This document shows positions 56,531 to 64,000 of a stretch of 64,000 nucleotides of DNA, piece by piece. This stretch comes from Sedimentisphaerales bacterium. GTDB lineage: Bacteria > Planctomycetota > Phycisphaerae > Sedimentisphaerales > SM23-30. The stretch is from the NCBI GenBank assembly GCA_963662515.1, contig OY759675.1, positions 2,185,981 to 2,249,980 on the forward strand. The letters run 5' to 3'. The notes under the pieces are model-generated. The model saw only the letters and a list, made by a program, of their open reading frames with translations. It did not search any database and was not told the origin of the DNA. Position 1 is the stretch's first letter. Each line of letters starts with the position of its first letter. The translations under genes were made by a program, and so were the position numbers.

Positions 56531-59500
56531 TTAATAGCCGGGCGTTGGCAGACCATAGGTCCAATTCAAATAGTCGTTACCATATACCGAATTGTTATTG
56601 CGGTGCAAAGCATCGCCACCACCATCAGCAGAAACCGGCCAAAGATCAGCATCATCATAATTGACACGATCAACCCGTATATAAAACCGCTCTACACCAT
56701 CGGTATCGCCGGGCATCTGCAATTCTATCTTCTCGCCACCATTTGACAATTTCCCCGTTTCCCACTGAACAAACTTCGTCCCTGAAGCCAGTTCGCCGTA
56801 TTCCGAGATAAAGGCTGTTAAATTCTGCAAAAGAAGCATCTTTTCGCCAGGCATAAGCACCGTATCTACCGGGAATGTCAACATTACACCACTTTCATCG
56901 ATAAAACGCCAGGGAACTATCTCAGAATTCTCTGTATCTGAAATCGAAAATGTCACTGGTAAAGCCGATATATTCTGTATTTCAATATATTCAGCATCTC
57001 CGTTCACAGCCGGATTGTACATGATTTCTGTAATCACTACAGGGCCTACCAATGGCAGAGAATTTACATTACCCGGCGTGGTTGCCTGCATGGATACAAA
57101 ATTATAGCTTCCATCACTTTTCACATATCGGCCAAAAGAAACTCCGGTAGCAGATGCACCAAAGTCCTCAGTAACCAGATATCCTGTCTGAATACCATTT
57201 ACCGCCGAACAAAGTGATACTTCTTCACCATTCTCGCTAAGGGCAAAAACACTGCCAAAATGCATGTCCTCATAAAATACTACAAATCCATAGGGAGCTA
57301 TAAAGGTACCATCCGGTATCTGGTACTTTAGTAAATCTGTACCTGAATCACTCAAATACCATCCACTGATATTGATTGCCATGTCAGTAGTATTATACAA
57401 CTCGATCCAGTCGGGAAGAGTAGAATGAGAATGAGCCAAAACCTCATTGATCACAATACTATTTGTAGCCAGAGCATTATCAATTACTCCTGGGGTGCCG
57501 CCCTTTACTGTACTTGTCGTCCAACCATTCTTCTGACCCCATAGGCCAAGATCTGTTGCTGCCGGATCCACCAGCGTAAGCGAAAAACCTTTCGCATCTG
57601 TAAGGTCATACCAATTACTATAACTAAATGATTGTATCAAACCACCTGCCGCATCAAAATATTCGATCTTTTCACCAGCATTATTCAATAAGCCGGAAGT
57701 CCATTGCAATACTACCGTATCTTCAGGAATATCAATATAGGCAATATCAAAAGCGGCCTTGTCTGACACAAGAACCACAAAACCTGAGGGTTCAACAATA
57801 GTATGTCCAAAAGTATGATCTATGCCATTTCTAAATATAACTTTATTAAGATCTATTGTCTGAGTTCCGATATTCTGTAATTCAATAAATTCCAAATTAG
57901 ATTGTACGGGATTATACATTATCTCAGTAACTCTAAGACTTTGAGCTACAGGACCAATTGCAAAAGTTGCACTTGTCAGTGCTGACCAGCTATTGCCAGT
58001 AAATACCCTGGCCTTCACTTCAGTACTATTGTTCAATACTACCGGCGAATCATATTTTTCTGCCGTAGCTGCTGGCAAACCCCTGGATATCTGACGACAA
58101 GCCAGTGAAACAGACATCAGCATATCACTACTATCTGTTTTATCATTAAGTGCCTGTATTGCCAATACATTATTCCCATTTATCAAAAGATCTTTATGAT
58201 GAGTTATATCAAACGAAGTTGAAACAATAGCATCACCATCATTACGGAAGTCCCTTGCTTCACTGTTCCAGGTCAAACCGTAAGTCTCATTTACATTGTC
58301 CCGCAAGATCTCTACACCATTGAGATAAGCTACAAAACCATCATCATATCTGATATTAAGTTTAAGCTCATCCATGTCAGATTGCTCATATATAAATGGT
58401 ATTCTAATATAACAGGTTGCATTTAGTTTGTACATCTGACTCTGAACATCAATGCCAGAACTAACAAAGTTCGAATAATTTATCTCATCTCCCGGCTTAG
58501 TCTCATAAGCAACCGGACCAGAGCCTGATATCCACCCTGAAGCATCATAAGAGGGCAGAGTCCATATATTCTCTGGGGTTTTCAAATAGGCATTTGGTAT
58601 TACAGTCGGACCGCTTATACCCGGCCCCTCCCAGCCTACATAAAGAAAATCTCCTCCAACATTATCCTTCTGCAAAGCTTCGATATAATAAGCATTACCT
58701 GCCTGCAAAGTAATTACCTGAGAGCTTTGAGAACTGAACTTGCCCCAGTTACCCGGATCACCCCAGGTATTCTGCCCGTAAATATACGCTATCTCTGTTG
58801 CGTTGGCAGGATCAGTATCAGTACTCAGAAGCAAACTGCCATTATCATCACAATTCAAATAGAATGTATATTCTCCCGTAACTGGCGGATACAGCAATCC
58901 CCTTGTTCTGGTACCATAATTATCATAACGATTGGTAGCTGGTACCGCATAATCCTGCCATACTTCAACTGTGTCTGGAGAATGAGGGTAATCAGGAGAT
59001 TGCAGTAAATAGTCCACAAAAAAGCCAGGGATATTTTTATATATTTCAGCCAAAACTCCCTGGCTATTTAATACACCTGATGGAACAAGAACCTGTTTGG
59101 GAGCATCTTCTGTGACCAGATACACAGTTTGGGTAGCACTTGCAAATACATCACGCGGATCTGCACCATCGGTAGTATAATAAATATCTCCTGTATTATC
59201 CGGATTTGTCATGGTCAGGGCATAACCATCAGAAACATACCCACCATGCTGGGAAAACTCAGGTGCATCTAATGCCGGATACCAGTTAACACTGCGGAAC
59301 TGATCCATTACTCGTACTTCTCTGGGCTGCAATGGCCATGTCTGATAATTATTCAGATTGGCATAGGTCAGGGTTGTCTTTGTACCCTGCAAAAAGTTAT
59401 AAGTAAACTGCAAAGCCTCAAGCCAGGTAGCCCGTGTATAAGGCGTAGAAGAAACCATATCACCCCAGCGTGCCGACTCGGCAATTATGGCATTATCTAA

Positions 59501-62137
59501 CTGTCCTGCTAACTGCTCCATTACCTCCTGCACACGATCAGCAGTAAGAATACCGCCATTACTAAGCCGTTCTCTGGCCTTGTCTGCAAACCTGAGACGA
59601 TATTCAATGTTCTGATCTGCCAGTTGTTGATGCAGCCAGTGCGGATTGAAATAAGTGAAATTTGCCCCTGAGGTAGTATATGGTGTCACCATATTCTCTC
59701 GCCGGCTGTCATTGGTCTCACACACTCCAAAAGTATGCTCATTATCGTGAGCAAACCACTTAAAACCATCAGGATTCACACGATTAATAACAGCATAAAA
59801 ATTATTTGTCGGTGTCCATCTTGAACCTGGACCATCAGTATTACATGAATAATACTGCAAAAGCATAAAATCAATCAGATTATCTACATCAAGTAACCGT
59901 TTATGAGTGGTACTGAGCGTACCATCTGGGTCTAGTCCCTGCAATGTATAATATTCTTCCGGGTCAATACCATTGATCACCGCATCATACAATTCCCGAT
60001 AAGCATCCAGATTTCCATCTGTTGCCACAACCTGACGGCCAACATAGTCAACCTTTATTGTGTCAAAATCCTCTTTTACGCCGGGCATATACGATGCGGC
60101 ATATCTGGGATCTATCCTTTCCTGCGTGCCATATAGTCCCCAATACTGACCATTCAGATACAAATGGTAGTACCTGCCCCTTGTGTAAGGATGTCCCATA
60201 AGACCCTGAGCTATACGACAGTATTCATCTCTGACACAGGTATTAAATATTGATATCCAGCGCGGCAGCCAGTTCCCATGCCAGGCAAAGTTGGCATTGG
60301 TACGAATATCAATTTTGTCAAACTCAGCTACACCTTCATCGCCAAAAAGTGGATATTCAAGTTTAGACTTACCATATTCGCTCCGGAAATACATATGGAA
60401 TGAATGCTTGGGATTGGTCAATTGACGACTATAACCGCCCCGCAACCTGAGTCCACAATCAATCTGGAAGCCTTCAGTACCAGCAGGATCAATCAATTCA
60501 AGCGATACTTGCTTTTCATATTTATCACCATTAATCCTGGTATCATTATCTACATGAACATATACACCATCGGTAGCATTGAAAAGCCTGTCCGGGTCAG
60601 TAACTATCGATAAAGTAGGAATATCCAGCAAAGCATCATCAATCAAGTCGGTATAGGCAGGATTATTCACTACATCAGGGTCCATACCATAATCCATAAT
60701 ATGACCATTTGCTGTCCAACTTGCCGGCCAACCGGCAGGAACCTGCCCGGCAGGAGACTGCGACTTCACATCTTCTACAAAAATATAGGTCTGAGTATCA
60801 ACATTACTCGGCTCCCAGCCAGATTTGAATGCAGCAGCACGCAATGTGGTTGTAGAATTTATATATATCGGATTAGCCGGGTCATACACCTGACCATTAT
60901 TCAGAGTCGGTGTACTGCCATTAGTAGTATAACGAATCTCTGTGCCAGACTCCTCAGTTGAAATCTCTACATAGAATGGCTCTGAGTAAAAACCTCGTTT
61001 TACTGAAAATTTAGTGTCAGAAACTGCATAAGCTACCGCATTTGCGTTTGACGCCAAAGGTGTTGCCGGCGAAAAGTACCTCTCTCTGGTAAAATAACCG
61101 AACATACCATACGAAATATTAGCCTGCTGTGGAGGAAAACCTCCATCGTATTGACTGTACTCATGCACGACCTCTCCGGCCGGGCTTACCAGTGCCAGAT
61201 ATTCACCTCCAGCACTCAGAGCAAAATTAGTATGGATATAATCACCCTGAGCTGTATCATTACCACTGGCATAGATCAGCATATATGATTCTGGTGCGAT
61301 CGTAGCATACGATGGAAACTCCCATTTTTCCAGATCATCTGCATCATCAGTCATAAACCAACCAGCCAGACTCACAGAAACAGATGAAACATTATACAAC
61401 TCGATCCAATCAACCGCCTTGCCATTTTCGTCAAAAACCTCCCAGGCCTCCTGATCTACACCCGGGTCATCAGCCTTATTGCTGGCCATAAACTCATTTA
61501 TCAAAACTGGACCAAATGACTGACCCCATTGTTCTGCCAGAACACTGAAATCAAGAATATTTACCCCATCTGAATTAATTATATCAGCACAGTCCAGACC
61601 GCTGCATCCATAGCCATTAAGCCACTGAGTAACCAATACGATCAGATCATCCATAGTTACCTGACAGTCACCATCAATATCAGCTTCTGAGCAGGGATCT
61701 ATTATATAGTCCGATATGGTAACAGTAACAGCAGGAACCACAATTGCATTGTAATTAACATCACTGCTTGACAGTTCAAAACTGATAACAGACGAATGAA
61801 CTCCCTCTTGTATGCCATCCTGAATAGCTACAACATTTATCTGACGAGGTGTTGCATAATTGGCAGGAGTAAAAGTGATAGAAACAGAATCGCCGGGAAA
61901 ATCGCCATTTAGCTCCAGGTCCAAAGATGACAGGTTTAATGTCACTTCCACATCAGCTAAAGGCTCACTGGAAAGAGATAGGAAAATATAGTCAGGAGCC
62001 AGCCCCTCAGCTACCACAGTTATGCCATCTGTCTCATCAACATTCAAACCGGCACTATAAACAAATTCTGCCATCAATATCGACATTAAAAAAAATACCA
62101 TCCCACAGGATCGTTTAAAATTACCCAATAGACTCAT
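56531..62137 (-). CDS. Giant secreted CotH-domain protein (1868 aa), paralogue B, with the same domain order as paralogue A
   Basis: It is co-linear with paralogue A along its whole length. Shared blocks include 'FGPVLINEF', 'WIELYNVSS', 'DKYEK.VSLELI.P', 'GRYYHLY.NGQYWG.Y', 'KRLLDVDNLIDFML', 'AESARWGD', 'ALQFTYN', 'CYIRIPF', 'GNNVLAIQ.LND', 'YLSDS..DLLKYQI' and 'GKLSN.GEK.ELQ.PG'. Confidence 0.85.
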   Translation of the reverse strand: MSLLGNFKRSCGMVFFLMSILMAEFVYSAGLNVDETDGITVVAEGLAPDYIFLSLSSEPLADVEVTLNLSSLDLELNGDFPGDSVSITFTPANYATPRQINVVAIQDGIQEGVHSSVISFELSSSDVNYNAIVVPAVTVTISDYIIDPCSEADIDGDCQVTMDDLIVLVTQWLNGYGCSGLDCADIINSDGVNILDFSVLAEQWGQSFGPVLINEFMASNKADDPGVDQEAWEVFDENGKAVDWIELYNVSSVSVSLAGWFMTDDADDLEKWEFPSYATIAPESYMLIYASGNDTAQGDYIHTNFALSAGGEYLALVSPAGEVVHEYSQYDGGFPPQQANISYGMFGYFTRERYFSPATPLASNANAVAYAVSDTKFSVKRGFYSEPFYVEISTEESGTEIRYTTNGSTPTLNNGQVYDPANPIYINSTTTLRAAAFKSGWEPSNVDTQTYIFVEDVKSQSPAGQVPAGWPASWTANGHIMDYGMDPDVVNNPAYTDLIDDALLDIPTLSIVTDPDRLFNATDGVYVHVDNDTRINGDKYEKQVSLELIDPAGTEGFQIDCGLRLRGGYSRQLTNPKHSFHMYFRSEYGKSKLEYPLFGDEGVAEFDKIDIRTNANFAWHGNWLPRWISIFNTCVRDEYCRIAQGLMGHPYTRGRYYHLYLNGQYWGLYGTQERIDPRYAASYMPGVKEDFDTIKVDYVGRQVVATDGNLDAYRELYDAVINGIDPEEYYTLQGLDPDGTLSTTHKRLLDVDNLIDFMLLQYYSCNTDGPGSRWTPTNNFYAVINRVNPDGFKWFAHDNEHTFGVCETNDSRRENMVTPYTTSGANFTYFNPHWLHQQLADQNIEYRLRFADKARERLSNGGILTADRVQEVMEQLAGQLDNAIIAESARWGDMVSSTPYTRATWLEALQFTYNFLQGTKTTLTYANLNNYQTWPLQPREVRVMDQFRSVNWYPALDAPEFSQHGGYVSDGYALTMTNPDNTGDIYYTTDGADPRDVFASATQTVYLVTEDAPKQVLVPSGVLNSQGVLAEIYKNIPGFFVDYLLQSPDYPHSPDTVEVWQDYAVPATNRYDNYGTRTRGLLYPPVTGEYTFYLNCDDNGSLLLSTDTDPANATEIAYIYGQNTWGDPGNWGKFSSQSSQVITLQAGNAYYIEALQKDNVGGDFLYVGWEGPGISGPTVIPNAYLKTPENIWTLPSYDASGWISGSGPVAYETKPGDEINYSNFVSSGIDVQSQMYKLNATCYIRIPFIYEQSDMDELKLNIRYDDGFVAYLNGVEILRDNVNETYGLTWNSEARDFRNDGDAIVSTSFDITHHKDLLINGNNVLAIQALNDKTDSSDMLMSVSLACRQISRGLPAATAEKYDSPVVLNNSTEVKARVFTGNSWSALTSATFAIGPVAQSLRVTEIMYNPVQSNLEFIELQNIGTQTIDLNKVIFRNGIDHTFGHTIVEPSGFVVLVSDKAAFDIAYIDIPEDTVVLQWTSGLLNNAGEKIEYFDAAGGLIQSFSYSNWYDLTDAKGFSLTLVDPAATDLGLWGQKNGWTTSTVKGGTPGVIDNALATNSIVINEVLAHSHSTLPDWIELYNTTDMAINISGWYLSDSGTDLLKYQIPDGTFIAPYGFVVFYEDMHFGSVFALSENGEEVSLCSAVNGIQTGYLVTEDFGASATGVSFGRYVKSDGSYNFVSMQATTPGNVNSLPLVGPVVITEIMYNPAVNGDAEYIEIQNISALPVTFSISDTENSEIVPWRFIDESGVMLTFPVDTVLMPGEKMLLLQNLTAFISEYGELASGTKFVQWETGKLSNGGEKIELQMPGDTDGVERFYIRVDRVNYDDADLWPVSADGGGDALHRNNNSVYGNDYLNWTYGLPTPGY

Positions 62138-62453
62138 TTTCCTCTCCTAACTCATTAAAACACAATTCAAAATTCACAATTCGCAGATTCAATTACAAGA
62201 ACATAATTCGTTTGAGATTTTAACTGAACGAGACTGTTACAGTCCCATCCATATTAGATATTCTACCAATTAATAGTCATTATTTAGCAAAAAATACAGT
62301 AAAATATCCATAAAAGAAATGATAGCCACCTAAACACCTTAAAATAATGATTTTAAGTGAGAGAATCTTAATATATCTTTTAATCTGAAAATATTATTGG
62401 ACTTAAATTCTGATAAAAAACTTGATAAAAAAAGACAAGATTAATAAAAAAAA

Positions 62454-62527
62454 TACACCCGGAGGGATTCGAACCCACGACCTACGGATTAGAAATCCGT
62501 TGCTCTATCCAACTGAGCTACGAGTGC
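62454..62527 (-). tRNA. tRNA-Arg (anticodon TCT)
   Basis: A manual cloverleaf gives acceptor GCACUCG/CGGGUGU, D-arm GCUC-AGUUGGAUA-GAGC, anticodon arm ACGGA-UUUCUAA-UCCGU (anticodon UCU), and T-arm GUGGG-UUCGAAU-CCCUC. It is 74 nt with discriminator A, and CCA is not encoded. Confidence 0.9.
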
Positions 62528-62779
62528 ATAGTAGTTTCTTGCAGCAATTCAACCTGCAAAAGACCAGTATTTATAACAAGATAGAACTTAAATGTCAACA
62601 GGAATCTGACATTGGCCACAGAAAAGTTACGACACTATTTTCTGTGACTTAAAATAAAGCAATTACAATAAATGATAGCAAATTTTAGTCTAATAATACC
62701 CATTAATGCAAAAGGACAGTCTCTACACATCAAATAGAAACTGCCCTTTTGCCTGAATATATTTTATGTTAACCCAAAA

Positions 62780-64000
62780 TCACTTTTGAGCCTGTTCTGT
62801 CAGAGACCTTATCTTGTTTGCCATTTTACCAATAAGGCCACTTTTGGCCTTAACCGCTCTAAAAGTATATCCCCATTTATACTGCTTTCCAGCCGGGTAA
62901 CAAAATTCTGGGTGAGTGCGTGCCCCCCAACTGTTGTCACCGCCAACACCCATCTGGCCCAAGTCTATATTGACAGTAATAAATTCATCTGGAAGGCCCA
63001 GCTCAAATGGGTGGCGGGTATTTTCAAGTTTTTCCTGACTCCATGGCCAGGCTGACACTTCAATAGTATCAGATGCAATAGCCATTAACCCAAAATCCTT
63101 AGCGTTGAGCCAGGCACTCCAGCGAACATCCGTTTTATTGCCATAATCCTGCACATCAACATACATAGGCTCTGGCGAGTTAATAACTTCATTATAAATA
63201 CCAATATTAGCACCGGTATTGCGATCGTTATAATTTTCCCACGGCCCCCGGCCATACCAATATGCCTGAACATAGTCAGCTGGCATTTTAAGCTGATGGC
63301 CAACTCTGGGGAGTTCAGGCAGACCAGGATCAGAATTCAGCTCATTTGATACTGAAACATTACCATTAGCATAAACATTGTATATGGTTTGCAAAGTAGC
63401 CTTGCCTTCGACCATGCTGTGATTAGTTTCAATAGAAATGGAGCCATCTTTTTGCTTCTGCCAGGTCATACTGGTAAGAATTGACTCAGGACCGGCGTTT
63501 CGCCATACCTTATGACGGTCTGGCATACCATTGCCCCTGTCATTATTAGTGGGCACACGCCAGAAATTAGGAGTAAGTTCACTGGCGATCAGAGCCTTGC
63601 CCTGACTATGATAAACTGACAACCTGCCTGTTATCCGGGAAAAGGAGATATTAAAGTCACTACCAGCAATATCTAATTTCTGGTCATTTTCATGCAAACT
63701 AAGAGCTCCACTCTTTTCAGCCGTAACAACAGAAGGTCTGTCCAGGTTGGTCAGGGCTATCTGCTGCCACGCAATTACATGTCCTTTCCGTGCCCATGAC
63801 TGATCATCATTAAGTACAAAATTAACATTTAGCAAATACTCACCCGCTCCGCCAGATCTCTTCATACTATACGGAATAACTATGTTCTCGGTCTGGCCGG
63901 CTGGCACTTCTGGACAATTCAGAGTTCCCTTATCTATTTCGATACCATTTTCCAGTAATTGCCATTGAATGCTAATACTGGCCAGAGCAATATAAGTGAA
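62780..64000 (-). CDS. Beta-galactosidase (GH2), C-terminal portion; the 5' end lies outside the window
   Basis: The frame is open to base 64000, and the 'M' at 63907 in the track is an internal GTG. It has LacZ domain-5 motifs 'PNFWRVPTNNDRGNG', 'WYGRGPWENYNDR', 'QDYGNKTDVRW' and 'GVGGDNSWG'. Confidence 0.85.
   Translation of the reverse strand, partial: FTYIALASISIQWQLLENGIEIDKGTLNCPEVPAGQTENIVIPYSMKRSGGAGEYLLNVNFVLNDDQSWARKGHVIAWQQIALTNLDRPSVVTAEKSGALSLHENDQKLDIAGSDFNISFSRITGRLSVYHSQGKALIASELTPNFWRVPTNNDRGNGMPDRHKVWRNAGPESILTSMTWQKQKDGSISIETNHSMVEGKATLQTIYNVYANGNVSVSNELNSDPGLPELPRVGHQLKMPADYVQAYWYGRGPWENYNDRNTGANIGIYNEVINSPEPMYVDVQDYGNKTDVRWSAWLNAKDFGLMAIASDTIEVSAWPWSQEKLENTRHPFELGLPDEFITVNIDLGQMGVGGDNSWGARTHPEFCYPAGKQYKWGYTFRAVKAKSGLIGKMANKIRSLTEQAQK

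Noticed and set aside
62422-62652. A 76-aa ORF on the + strand.
   Set aside because: It overlaps the well-folded tRNA-Arg on the opposite strand, and its sequence 'GGIRTHDLRIRNPLLYPTELR' is the typical antisense translation of a tRNA.
1-64000. A prophage, integrative element or known defence system (restriction-modification, toxin-antitoxin, CBASS, retron and similar).
   Set aside because: No integrase, recombinase, phage structural genes, methyltransferase/restriction pair, reverse transcriptase, cyclase-effector pair or STAND/ATPase-nuclease pair was recognisable in any listed ORF. The only mobile gene is the IS transposase.

Overview
This 64-kb window looks like ordinary chromosome from an AT-leaning bacterium (about 40% GC, judged by eye). 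Several gene types point to the PVC superphylum (Phycisphaerae, Lentisphaerae or Kiritimatiellota-like), but this is an inference and not a database result. These are a PEP-CTERM protein, LamG and CotH giants carrying dockerin-like Ca-loop modules, GH78, GH127-like and GH2 hydrolases, and an orphan PilM. Housekeeping genes are well supported: rmuC, cmk, hisA, fmt, ribBA, cobA-hemD, cstA, rnpA-yidD, tkt and tRNA-Arg(TCT). They are interleaved with secreted or accessory genes. The best candidate for an undescribed system is a three-gene operon at 10.0-15.6 kb. It encodes a PilM actin-like ATPase fused to a PilN-like membrane anchor, followed by two single-pass membrane proteins. All three carry recurring Arg/Gly/Met-rich 'RGGM' low-complexity patches, and no secretin, pilin, PilB/C/T or PilO/P genes are nearby. 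Other notable items are listed below.
- Two tandem paralogous genes, each exactly 1868 aa, encode CotH/lamin-tail/PA14 giants (50.8-62.1 kb).
- A 3.7-kb non-coding repeat area (37.8-41.6 kb) holds an IS1182-like element, palindromic REP-like units, two heptanucleotide microsatellites and an array of 21-bp direct repeats.
- A 31-bp split inverted repeat encloses a small, very basic ORF in the position where rpmH normally sits upstream of rnpA.
- A translationally coupled pair encodes a prenyltransferase-like toroid protein and an NPCBM/PA14/PKD/TPR-like protein.
No CRISPR array, prophage or recognisable defence system was seen. All domain calls come from motif recognition by eye and need HMM or structure confirmation.
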